Shown piece after piece: positions 48,199 to 57,161 of a stretch of 64,000 nt of DNA. The number at the start of each line of letters is the position of its first letter. Within the stretch, counting starts at the first letter, position 1. The position numbers and the translations under genes are program-made. This DNA is from Eubacteriales bacterium (GTDB lineage Bacteria; Bacillota; Clostridia; Oscillospirales; CAG-382). The DNA lies in NCBI GenBank assembly GCA_045578045.1, contig JAZNJM010000064.1, positions 9,695-73,694 on the forward strand, written 5' to 3'. The notes below the pieces were generated by a model, which did not search any database, was not told where the DNA came from, and worked only from the letters and a program-made list of their open reading frames with translations.

Positions 48199-48591
48199 GT
48201 GATAGAAATGTTATTTTACAAATTTAATTCTCAGGACGAAAGGCGTAGTTTGGGCGGTTCTTCATTTATAGAACTTCAATTCTGTAAATTCCCTTTAAAA
48301 ACAAAAATTGAATCATTGATTGAAAAGGTCAATTTTTGGGAAAACGATTCTTTGTATATATCTGATTATGAGACTTTTTACAATGAATACAAGTATATTT
48401 TTAATTGTGGTATTTACAACAATTTGGAAATCGGAGATATGGACTTACACGGAATTAATTATTATTCTCCATCTGAAACAGACCGAATTATAGATAAAAT
48501 TCTAAAATATAAGCCGTTAGATTATGAAACGTTAATCAAGTGGCTTGAAGACTCTAAAGCATATAACGGATTTTACATTTTGGGATTTTAA
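48199..48591 (+). CDS. Hypothetical small protein
   Basis: 130-aa ORF with no clear RBS. Start is either GTG 48199 or ATG 48208. Its composition resembles small immunity-type proteins (impression only). Confidence 0.4.
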   Translation: MIEMLFYKFNSQDERRSLGGSSFIELQFCKFPLKTKIESLIEKVNFWENDSLYISDYETFYNEYKYIFNCGIYNNLEIGDMDLHGINYYSPSETDRIIDKILKYKPLDYETLIKWLEDSKAYNGFYILGF

Positions 48592-48654
48592 GCATTATTT
48601 TTAAATATTTTATAGTTTAAAGATTGATATAGTTAAGTTTAATCAGGGGAATTT

Positions 48655-49248
48655 ATGCATTTTCAAATTTTAGCCATTATTATTTTGCTAACGTTTTACG
48701 GATTTTACTTTGGAAAAATGTTATTGCAAAAGAAAAAAGGAATTCAAACAGACCATCTTGGAAAAGTTAAAAAAGGGATTCAAAAAAGGATTGAAATATC
48801 AATGAAAATAGTTTCTATTATTGTTCCAATTTTAGAAGCTATCAGTATTATATTAAACCTTTCATCCTTGCCGTTGGAAATCAGATATATTGGAATTATT
48901 ATAGCAATAATTGGAACAGTTATTTTTGCTATTTCCATATTTACAATGAGAGATAGTTGGAGAGCAGGTGTTTCAAGAGAGGAAAAAACAAAGTTAATAA
49001 CGTCTGGGATTTATCAATTCAGCAGAAATCCTGCCTTTTTAGGATTTGACCTTGTTTATATTGGAATATCTTTAACGTTTTTCAACCCTATTTTATTGTT
49101 AATCTCTCTACTTTGCGTATTATTGTTTCATTTACAAATTGTATTAGTTGAAGAAAAATTTCTTATTCAGGTATTTGGAAATGAATATCTGAATTATCAA
49201 AATAAGGTCAACAGATACTTAGGGCGAAAATTACAAAGAAAAAAATAA
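48655..49248 (+). CDS. Isoprenylcysteine carboxyl methyltransferase (ICMT/Ste14)-family membrane methyltransferase
   Basis: Polytopic. GIYQFSRNPAFLGFDLVYIG matches the ICMT/PEMT C-terminal signature. Confidence 0.75.
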   Translation: MHFQILAIIILLTFYGFYFGKMLLQKKKGIQTDHLGKVKKGIQKRIEISMKIVSIIVPILEAISIILNLSSLPLEIRYIGIIIAIIGTVIFAISIFTMRDSWRAGVSREEKTKLITSGIYQFSRNPAFLGFDLVYIGISLTFFNPILLLISLLCVLLFHLQIVLVEEKFLIQVFGNEYLNYQNKVNRYLGRKLQRKK

Positions 49249-49317
49249 TTTTGCATATTTTAAAAATAAAAACACTATGACACCATTAAGGCAATAGAAA
49301 GAATTCAAGGAAAAGCT

Positions 49318-50100
49318 ATGGATATAGGAATAAATATTTTTTGTTGCGGAGCAGTTTCTGAAAGCAACGTTGAACAACAAACGAACCTTATGCTGAAAAA
49401 CGGCTTTAATCATACCTTTGGAGGCTCTGATGATTTATCAGACCATATTATCGAAAAAATACAGACAAAGGGAATTATATTTGATACTCTTCATTTACCA
49501 TTCAAGGGAATAAACGGATTATATTCAGAATATGAAGAATCAAAGCAAATTTTCAAACGAATAACAGACGGTATAGAAAAATGTGAAAGACACGGAATTT
49601 CTCTTGGAGTTCTTCATCTTTCATCAGGAAAAAATCCACCATTGAACGATAGAGGGATAGAACGCTTTTGCAGAATACTTGACCACGCAAGAGAGCTTGG
49701 GGTTAAAATCGCTTTTGAAAATCTTAGAACCTTGGGAAACATTTCGTATACTTTTGAAAAACACGAAGACGCTCTTTTTTGTTGGGATACGGGACACGAA
49801 AGCTGTTTTACTCCCAAAAGACAATATATGCCCCTATTTGGAAAAAGACTTGCAACTGTTCACCTGCACGATAATAATGGAATTTACGATAAAGATGAAC
49901 ATATGATTCCATATGACGGAAAAATAGATTTCGATAGAGTTGCGTATCAGCTTTTTGATGCAAATTACAACGGAACGCTTATGCTTGAAGTTCTCAAAGA
50001 AAGAAACGTTCTTTATGAGAATATGTCAGATGACGAATACTTGAAAAGAGCATCAGAAGCTGTTTTAAAATTGGAAAAACAAATAAAAAAACACAAATAA
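49318..50100 (+). CDS. Sugar phosphate isomerase/epimerase (xylose-isomerase-like TIM barrel)
   Basis: KIAFENL, WDTGHE and VHLHDNNG metal-ligand pattern. Confidence 0.75.
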   Translation: MDIGINIFCCGAVSESNVEQQTNLMLKNGFNHTFGGSDDLSDHIIEKIQTKGIIFDTLHLPFKGINGLYSEYEESKQIFKRITDGIEKCERHGISLGVLHLSSGKNPPLNDRGIERFCRILDHARELGVKIAFENLRTLGNISYTFEKHEDALFCWDTGHESCFTPKRQYMPLFGKRLATVHLHDNNGIYDKDEHMIPYDGKIDFDRVAYQLFDANYNGTLMLEVLKERNVLYENMSDDEYLKRASEAVLKLEKQIKKHK

Positions 50101-50104
50101 AATT

Positions 50105-50146
50105 TCCCTCAGACCAGAAATAAAACACTGTTCTGAGGGATTTTTT
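50105..50146. terminator. Bidirectional terminator
   Basis: Stem tccctcaga / tctgaggga followed by T6. Overlaps the stop of the convergent gene. Confidence 0.7.
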
Positions 50147-51363
50147 CAAACAAACATAACGCTTGATTCGTCTGTTGCGTTTCCAAGAATGATATCCATA
50201 AATTGAGAAAACGCAGTAACCGCCAAAGATGTACTTTGAGGGCAAGAATCTCCAAAAGACCATTCGTTTGGTATTGTATATTGAATAAACAATTTGAAAA
50301 CAAGTCTGTCTCCTTGCTTTTCAGCATCAACGCACCAAAAGTTTTTCAATGCAAGAGAACGAGCTGTTTTGAAATATAAAGTTCTTTCATCTAAAACCTC
50401 ATTGCTATGGAAAAACAGTCCAACGTCAGAATCTGTAATATCACTTTTAACAGAAAATGATACCATACAAGAATCTATATTTTCGTTTTTCTGGCAATCT
50501 AATTTTATAACCGTTCTCCCCGTTCTGCTCCGTTTAGAACATTGTAAACAAAGAAAAACAATAATCCCAATCAACGCCCCAATATCCTCTGAAAAACATT
50601 TAAACCAAAACTCAATACAACGTTTTCTTCTTTCACTTATTCCCGAATCAAACTTAAAAACAAAATTATTTTGAGTTTTATTTGTCATATTGACTAAGCG
50701 TTCAAGAATATTTACAATCTCGTGGTCTCTTATATCCTTATATCGAAAAGCAGAGCTGACAACGTCAACGCTGGATTTCATAGAAAAATAATATGCCTTT
50801 TCAAACCTTTTTGAAAAATCTTTCCATAAAGACTTTTGTTGTTCGTTCAAAGAACCTGTATTGTCAAGATTTCTATGCTTAAAAAAACTCTTTTCGGGAA
50901 TATTTATTAAATATTCATAAAGCAATTTTAGATGAGCACCATTCTTTTCAAGCTCTGTAAGAAATAAAATAAACAGATAATTATCTATTCTGAAAACAGC
51001 ACATCTGTTTTCATTTACAATGATAGAAATATAATCTCCAATATTTACGCAAAGTATTTCGAAAACAATTTCTTTATCAACGTATGTTTTTAAAGATGCT
51101 CCTCTACGCCAATTCCAAGCGGGAGACGCTTCTCTTTTATTTTTATAAACAATACGTCCGTCAAGACTAATTAAAACCGTTGGATAATGAAGAGAGTCAA
51201 CAATGGTCTGGCAAACCTTTTCGGGAGAAAGAGAATAAAAATCATAATCTTGAAGCTCTTTTGCTATTTGATTTTCCAAAGCTATATTTTTTTCAGTGTT
51301 TTTTTCAACGCCATTAACGGTTTTCTCATCAATCAAACTCATAACGTTTTTTGTATTCTCCAA
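50146..51363 (-). CDS. Hypothetical protein with PAS-like N-terminal region
   Basis: 405 aa. TTG start (alternative ATG at 51342). TVLISLDGRIVYKNKREASP looks PAS-like. The rest is unassigned. Confidence 0.5.
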   Translation of the reverse strand: MENTKNVMSLIDEKTVNGVEKNTEKNIALENQIAKELQDYDFYSLSPEKVCQTIVDSLHYPTVLISLDGRIVYKNKREASPAWNWRRGASLKTYVDKEIVFEILCVNIGDYISIIVNENRCAVFRIDNYLFILFLTELEKNGAHLKLLYEYLINIPEKSFFKHRNLDNTGSLNEQQKSLWKDFSKRFEKAYYFSMKSSVDVVSSAFRYKDIRDHEIVNILERLVNMTNKTQNNFVFKFDSGISERRKRCIEFWFKCFSEDIGALIGIIVFLCLQCSKRSRTGRTVIKLDCQKNENIDSCMVSFSVKSDITDSDVGLFFHSNEVLDERTLYFKTARSLALKNFWCVDAEKQGDRLVFKLFIQYTIPNEWSFGDSCPQSTSLAVTAFSQFMDIILGNATDESSVMFV

Positions 51364-51520
51364 TTATATATTTCTCACCCGAACTATTTATATTTTATCA
51401 TATCAAAAAATAATTTGCAATATATTTTTACTTTTATTATTTGTTTGGTTTTGTTTATTGGAATTATTTTTTTAAAATGGGAAACAATAATTTTGACAAA
51501 CAAAGGAAGGAACGAAAACA

Positions 51521-51955
51521 ATGATAGAACAAGATACAATAAAGCTCCTTAGAGAATGTGATGCGGGTGTAAGAATGGGTATAGACTCAATAGATGACGT
51601 TTTAGACAACGTTAAAGACGAGAGACTTAAAAACCGTCTTATACTTTGTAAAGACGAGCATACCCATATTAACGGATCCATACAAAAACTTTTAAACCGA
51701 TATGAAGATGACGGAAAAGCACCAAATCCCATTGCAAAAGGAATGTCGTGGATTAAAACAAACGCAATGTTGACGATGAACGATAGCGACAGCACTGTTG
51801 CAGACCTCATAACAGACGGTTGTAATATGGGTGTTAAATCGTTAAACAGATATCTTAACCAATATAAAGCAGCAGACGAAGAATCAAAAAATATTGCAAA
51901 AAGGCTTATTGATTCAGAAGAAAAACTTGCGGTTGATATAAGAAGTTTTTTATAG
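51521..51955 (+). CDS. Hypothetical all-helical protein
   Basis: AAGGAAGG RBS. 144 aa with four-helix-bundle-like periodicity. Confidence 0.5.
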   Translation: MIEQDTIKLLRECDAGVRMGIDSIDDVLDNVKDERLKNRLILCKDEHTHINGSIQKLLNRYEDDGKAPNPIAKGMSWIKTNAMLTMNDSDSTVADLITDGCNMGVKSLNRYLNQYKAADEESKNIAKRLIDSEEKLAVDIRSFL

Positions 51956-52080
51956 TAAAGCTAAACTGTATAGATGATTTTTTAATAAAACTAACGCAGT
52001 AAAAGTTGATTTTAGAATAAAGCTAAGGCTGTATAAGTTGATTTTAGAATAAAGCTAAAGCCGTTTGATTTTTATTTTTA
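51956..52080 (+). repeat. About 31-bp tandem repeat, 4 degenerate copies, directly after the stop codon
   Basis: Units start at 51956, 51986, 52018 and 52050: taaa(g/a)ctaa...gt(a/t)...gttgattttagaa. Confidence 0.75.
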
Positions 52081-52092
52081 AATTTCAAACGG
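52060..52092 (+). terminator. Rho-independent terminator within the last repeat unit
   Basis: Stem gccgtttga / tcaaacggc followed by a T-run. Confidence 0.6.
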
Positions 52093-52177
52093 CATATTTT
52101 TTTATATTGTGTTTATACGGAGTTAATTTATAAAGTATATAATTGCGTATAAATTATTATGTATCAAGGGTTGACAT

Positions 52178-52264
52178 ATGGCGATAAATACTGTTATATT
52201 TGATCTTGACGGAACGCTTACTGATTATATTGAATTTATAAAAAATTTACGGGAAAAGCAATAA
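52178..52264 (+). pseudogene. 28-codon N-terminal relic of a HAD-family hydrolase
   Basis: MAINTVIFDLDGTLTDYIEFIKNLREKQ* carries HAD motif I (DxDGT) and then stops. Its TAA overlaps the ATG of the next gene. Confidence 0.55.
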
Positions 52265-52737
52265 TGAACAGAAAAGAATTTGATAAATTTGTATTCGAAA
52301 CATACGGAATCACAGCAGATTATCCATTTAAAGACTCAAAAGAAGCTGTATATAGACATATATCAAACAGAAAATGGTTCGCCATTGTTTTAAGCGTTAA
52401 AAAATCAAAAATTATTCCAACAGAAAAAGAAGCCTCTTCCGAAAACAAAGAAGAAAGCCTCTTTAAAAATCAAATAAAAAATTTTGATAAAAATGAACGT
52501 GCCAAATCAGACGAAATAATAGATATTGTTAATCTGAAATGCCCTCTTGATGTTTTTCAAACAATCTGGTTAGAACCTAACGTATACCCTGCATATCATA
52601 TGAACAAACGCCATTGGATAAGCGTTCCCCTTGACGGAAGCGTTTCCGAAGAAACAATTTCTTTTCTCCTCGATAAAAGCTATGAAGCAACTTCGTTCAA
52701 GGCTAAAAAAAGAAAGAACACTAATTCTAAGTTTTAA
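52264..52737 (+). CDS. MmcQ/YjbR-family protein
   Basis: YPFKDSKEAVYRHISNRKWFAIV and PAYHMNKRHWISVPLDG motifs. Contains an internal Lys/Glu-rich insertion. Confidence 0.8.
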   Translation: MNRKEFDKFVFETYGITADYPFKDSKEAVYRHISNRKWFAIVLSVKKSKIIPTEKEASSENKEESLFKNQIKNFDKNERAKSDEIIDIVNLKCPLDVFQTIWLEPNVYPAYHMNKRHWISVPLDGSVSEETISFLLDKSYEATSFKAKKRKNTNSKF

Positions 52738-54320
52738 TTGTGTATTCTGAATTTTTTCGGAGCAAGGAAATACACAAGTATACTCGCAACCAAACAATAA
52801 ACCACACAGAAAATAATTGTCATTATTCCAAAGGTTAAAGTTTTCATTGTTAAATCCGTAAGATAATAACAAACCAAATAGGTCAACCTTGTAACTAAAT
52901 TATAAGTTCCGCTTTTAATTTCCGATGCGGTATTATACGGCTGTAAAAGATAATACAACGTAAGATAATGAACGGAAAAGAAAATACTCATCATTACAAC
53001 GGAAACAAATATAACAGCATAATTTAAAGCATTATCTGTTCCACCAGATATAAGAAGCAAAGCAGAAAGTGATACTCCAATAACAACAGCGGGAAGAAGA
53101 TTTATTTTTGTTATCTCCCTGAGACGAATCCAGAAAAGCTTCAATATGTTTTCAGGCTTTTTATAAAAAGAATACGTTAAAAAGCAATGGTCGCAATTTA
53201 CAAATAAAGCCTGTGTGAAATTAGTACCGCGGTTTATCATATACATAACAAACGCCATATAGGGAAGATACCCAAGCATCATTCCGTTTATTTCTCGTTT
53301 AAATTCCGGAAAGAAAAACAGAGCTATAACTATTATTAAAAAAATACAAGCCGAAATTATGGAAATTGTCCAAGATGATTTCCATAATATTTTTTTATGT
53401 CTTTTAACAAAAAGCTCGTTTAAATATTCAAACCCTTTTCTTTTACTTGTTTCACCATCAAAAGTACTTATTGCATTTCTTGTCGCCTCAACTTTAATCA
53501 TTTCAAAATCGCTATCTTGTTTTGAAACATATTCAGCAAGCATTTTTTTGCACAAAAACTGATAATTTGAAAAATTCAATATTTTTTTTGCTGATAATAT
53601 TCCAAGGATGATAAAAATAATCATCGCAATTACGTATGCACCCGTTGGAAGTACAACGTTTAAAAACGGAAGTCCGTATGCAACTAAAAGGAGAAGCAAC
53701 ATTGAAATAATAACAAATGCATTCTTTTCGCTCGTGTTGTTTTTCATTCGTTTCTCATATCTATATAGCATAATTGCCGAGAAAAAAAGTTTTGTTCCTG
53801 AAACAAAAAGAGGAATCAATAAACATTCTATACCGCTTAGTTCGTATATCGCTCCGAAAACAAAAGACCAAAGAGAAAAACCTACAATGGTTTTTATTAT
53901 GAAATAGAAATAATTAACCAAAGTATACTCTTTTGCATTAATTCGCATAAGATTGATAGCATAATATTTTTCTTCCGAAGGAGAGAAAATATAATTATTA
54001 TTAAATCCTCCGATTATTGTTAAGAAAAATAAAATATGCAGAATTATCTGTTGCTCTGAGGCGGTAATTAGTACAACGTCACGAAAAAAAGCTACAGGGA
54101 GAAAAATTAAACAAACAAAATACAACAGTTTTCCAAAAAAAGCAAAGAATATCTCCTTCAGGATAGACCATATAGTTCCAATGACCTTAAAAGCGGAAAC
54201 ACCGTATATATCCTGAGGGATTATTTTTTTCAAAATAGGAATTTGCTTTAATGAATACAAAAAACCGTTGACAGAATATGCGTTTTTTAAAGAGAAGGAA
54301 ATTTTCAGAGTTTTAAGCAT
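52734..54320 (-). CDS. Polytopic membrane protein, putative ABC-exporter permease partner
   Basis: 528 aa with about 12 TM segments. Start overlaps the ATPase stop by 8 nt. Confidence 0.6.
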   Translation of the reverse strand: MLKTLKISFSLKNAYSVNGFLYSLKQIPILKKIIPQDIYGVSAFKVIGTIWSILKEIFFAFFGKLLYFVCLIFLPVAFFRDVVLITASEQQIILHILFFLTIIGGFNNNYIFSPSEEKYYAINLMRINAKEYTLVNYFYFIIKTIVGFSLWSFVFGAIYELSGIECLLIPLFVSGTKLFFSAIMLYRYEKRMKNNTSEKNAFVIISMLLLLLVAYGLPFLNVVLPTGAYVIAMIIFIILGILSAKKILNFSNYQFLCKKMLAEYVSKQDSDFEMIKVEATRNAISTFDGETSKRKGFEYLNELFVKRHKKILWKSSWTISIISACIFLIIVIALFFFPEFKREINGMMLGYLPYMAFVMYMINRGTNFTQALFVNCDHCFLTYSFYKKPENILKLFWIRLREITKINLLPAVVIGVSLSALLLISGGTDNALNYAVIFVSVVMMSIFFSVHYLTLYYLLQPYNTASEIKSGTYNLVTRLTYLVCYYLTDLTMKTLTFGIMTIIFCVVYCLVASILVYFLAPKKFRIHN

Positions 54321-55020
54321 TGTCAGACTCCTTCAACGCATCAATAATTTTCTCTCTAAATTCATTATTACCAAGATTTGATTTATCAACAATATCAAGA
54401 GTTCCCCCACTAAGCAAAACAATTTCATCGCAAAGGTCGAGGGCGAGGTCAAGAATATGAGTTGAAAGAATTGTTATTCTGTTCCCTTTAAATGAACGAA
54501 GAAGGTGTTTCATCTCCTCAGAGGCAACAACGTCAAGAGAAGTTAAAGGCTCGTCAAGCAACAACAATTTTGGATTGGCAATTATGCTTATAAGCATCTG
54601 CATTTTGTTTTTCATTCCGTGAGAATAGGTTTTAAGGAGCTTATCCCGTGATTCTTTGTTTATTCCAATATAGTCAAAATATTCATCAAGAGGTCTTGGA
54701 TCGAATATTTCTTCCTGATGAATATCCATAAAAAACTTCAAAAACTCTCTACCCGTGAGAAATTCAGGGACAACGGGAGTTGAAAGAACGTATCCTATAT
54801 CATCAAACAAGAGCTTTCTTTTTTCTGAATCAAATTCCATTGTAAAAGTTCCTGAATCTCTGCTTATATCTTCGTTTATACAGTTAAAAAGAGTTGTTTT
54901 TCCAGAGCCGTTTCGTCCTAAAAGACCATATATTTTTCCTGATTCAAAGGTAAAATTCACATTTTTAAGCACAACTGTTTTGTCATAGCTTTTTGATAGA
55001 TTTTCAATTATAAATTTCAT
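54313..55020 (-). CDS. ABC transporter ATP-binding protein
   Basis: Walker A GRNGSGKTT, signature SHGMKNK, Walker B LLLLDEP. Confidence 0.9.
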   Translation of the reverse strand: MKFIIENLSKSYDKTVVLKNVNFTFESGKIYGLLGRNGSGKTTLFNCINEDISRDSGTFTMEFDSEKRKLLFDDIGYVLSTPVVPEFLTGREFLKFFMDIHQEEIFDPRPLDEYFDYIGINKESRDKLLKTYSHGMKNKMQMLISIIANPKLLLLDEPLTSLDVVASEEMKHLLRSFKGNRITILSTHILDLALDLCDEIVLLSGGTLDIVDKSNLGNNEFREKIIDALKESDNA

Positions 55021-55023
55021 ATT

Positions 55024-55626
55024 TTATCCTTTCTGCATATCAACTAAAACGGCACGGCAAGGAGACCCCTCTGCTCCACGAAAAGAAAGGGGCGAGGAAA
55101 ACAATAGATATATCCCCTCTCTAACTTCTGAAAGCCTTATTCCTTCAAGAAGAACAATTTCCTCAGAAAGTAAAACCTTATGAACATCTACGAGCGTTTT
55201 TCCACCTCCAACAGTCTGAGATTCGTTTCCAAAAAGATAGATTTTTTCTTTAGCAAGAAACTCTGCCCCCTCAAGAGAAAGAACAGCCTCCCCTTTTATT
55301 AAAATTCGTTTTGAGGCTTCTTCGCTTATGCTTTTTGCCTTTTCATATATTTCTTTTATATCTTTTAATGTTATTTCACCAAAAAACTCAGTAACAAAGG
55401 CATATCCAACCATTTTGTATAGAGGAATCTGTTCAACAGTTTTTCCGTTTTTAATAAAATGAGACGGTGCATCAATGTGTGTTCCGTTATGAGAACACAT
55501 AGAAAAAGAAGTCAAATTATACATATCTCCTTTTTCCATAGAAAATATAGATTTAATTTCCGGAGACGGATCGTTTGGAAACACCTCGCAAGATAAAACC
55601 TCTTGGGATATATCGTATATTTTCAT
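55024..55626 (-). CDS. Cyclase-family protein (kynurenine-formamidase-like)
   Basis: HNGTHIDAPSHF motif. Likely start MKIYDISQEV, 4 nt after the upstream stop. Confidence 0.8.
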   Translation of the reverse strand: MKIYDISQEVLSCEVFPNDPSPEIKSIFSMEKGDMYNLTSFSMCSHNGTHIDAPSHFIKNGKTVEQIPLYKMVGYAFVTEFFGEITLKDIKEIYEKAKSISEEASKRILIKGEAVLSLEGAEFLAKEKIYLFGNESQTVGGGKTLVDVHKVLLSEEIVLLEGIRLSEVREGIYLLFSSPLSFRGAEGSPCRAVLVDMQKG

Positions 55627-55630
55627 TTCT

Positions 55631-56209
55631 TTATCCTTTAGCAATTCTTGATTTACAATTGAAGCAAAGTCTTGTTTCAACCTCAACTTCGCCATTTTCC
55701 GTTTCTTCATCGTAATATGCAATTTCTTCGGAAAAAACAACAGCTTTTTTCATTCTCTCGTCAAAAACATATAAATCCAAAGGAAGAACAAGTTCTGCGT
55801 TTTCGTTTTCCTGATATAGCTTCCATTCTTTTTCAATTAAGAAAGCAAGATCTTTTGCATTTGTTTTAAAAATCTTTCCCCTATATTCAACGCCATCAAT
55901 TATTACTCCAACACATTCGGGAAAATCTTCATTTTCAGTCATAAAATAAACAGTGTCTTTATTTTTCAAAACGTTCAAAGCAGAATTAAAGTTTGTTTCT
56001 TTAGAAATTGCCATTCTTTCATACATATGAATCATATTTGACGAAAGAGAATAATCCTTTGACGTAATGAGCTTTATCCATTCGTTGTTTTCTGCTTTAT
56101 ATTCCTTCCAGCTTAGCAAAAATTTTTCTTTAAAAGATTTTTTTATCTCTTCCGCTTCTTTTTCAGATACAATTTCTATTTTAATTTCAGAATTCATATT
56201 ATCCCTCAC
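55631..56209 (-). CDS. Hypothetical protein
   Basis: 192 aa, acidic. Translationally coupled (ATGA overlap) to the upstream GNAT. No family recognised. Confidence 0.5.
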   Translation of the reverse strand: MRDNMNSEIKIEIVSEKEAEEIKKSFKEKFLLSWKEYKAENNEWIKLITSKDYSLSSNMIHMYERMAISKETNFNSALNVLKNKDTVYFMTENEDFPECVGVIIDGVEYRGKIFKTNAKDLAFLIEKEWKLYQENENAELVLPLDLYVFDERMKKAVVFSEEIAYYDEETENGEVEVETRLCFNCKSRIAKG

Positions 56210-56661
56210 TTTAATACTCTCTTATAAATTCTTGAGCTTTCTCCCCAAGGATGAAATCCTTCTGCCAAATATTCAAACCCGAAATGCTCATAATATCCAA
56301 TATGATCGGTAGCAAGATACAAGGCTTCAAAGCCCATTTTTTTCGTATCTTCAACACAACGTTCTATAAGAAGTTTTCCGTAATTATTACCTCTATATTT
56401 TTCTTCAACAAATAAGGCACAAAGCCAAGGATATAAATCCATTCTTGAAATAAAATCGTTTGTTATAAGACCAACGCAACCTATAATTTCATTATCATTT
56501 TTCAGAAGATACCAATTTGGTAATGGTGATTTGGACGCAATACAGTTTTTTATGCAATCCTCATAAACCGCCATACTCTCCTCAGAAGCCCATTTATTTT
56601 GAAAATATTTTATAAATTCAAAAACGTTTTCAGGTTTTTCGCGTACAGAAATAACTTTCAT
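56206..56661 (-). CDS. GNAT family N-acetyltransferase
   Basis: VEEKYRGNNYGKLLIERCVE acetyl-CoA motif. Start MKVISVREKPE behind AGAGGA. Confidence 0.8.
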   Translation of the reverse strand: MKVISVREKPENVFEFIKYFQNKWASEESMAVYEDCIKNCIASKSPLPNWYLLKNDNEIIGCVGLITNDFISRMDLYPWLCALFVEEKYRGNNYGKLLIERCVEDTKKMGFEALYLATDHIGYYEHFGFEYLAEGFHPWGESSRIYKRVLK

Positions 56662-56936
56662 TTTTTGTCCTCTTTTTTCATTCAATAAAGGATTATTTAA
56701 CTACCTTTTTCGTAATTTATAATACCATATAAATAAATAAAAGTCAACAAAATGACTGTATCATTATTTATAAAATCATTAAAACGCTTTTTCAGATTAA
56801 CCAGATATTACCCTATCTTATTATAAAATTCAATTGAAAATCAATATATAAGTAAATAGAAATGGAAAATTCAAACAAATACTATAAAAAAATATTTTGA
56901 CAAGCACCAAAAGCATCTTGATACACAAAAAGCATC

Positions 56937-56965
56937 TTGACAAACAAATTAATATGTGATACAAT
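56937..56965 (+). promoter_or_regulatory. Consensus sigma-A promoter upstream of the sdpR-like operon
   Basis: TTGACA (56937..56942), 17-nt spacer, TACAAT (56960..56965). Confidence 0.55.
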
Positions 56966-57007
56966 ACATTTAACAATTAGGTTAAATGTTAAATGTATAT
57001 TAAACTC

Positions 57008-57106
57008 TCAATTTATAAATCATAGCTTAATACTAATCATTCAATTTATAAATCAGCATTAAATATTATTATTTCAATTTATAAATCAACGTTAAAATCA
57101 TAAAAG
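57008..57106 (+). promoter_or_regulatory. Three 33-bp-spaced direct repeats with palindromic core (candidate operator array)
   Basis: Identical 15-mers TCAATTTATAAATCA at 57008, 57041 and 57074. The core ATTTATAAAT is a perfect palindrome. Located between the promoter and the ArsR-family gene. Confidence 0.5.
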
Positions 57107-57161
57107 CCTATTTATCTTATTGTATTAATTTTCAATATGTATAATAAAAAAGGGAGATATT

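Noticed and set aside
42499-52264. Genomic island or mobile element call for the accessory stretch
   Set aside because: I recognised no integrase, transposase, relaxase, phage gene or tRNA target, and composition is not visibly different from the flanks. It is better described as a recombination-shaped variable region than as a defined mobile element.
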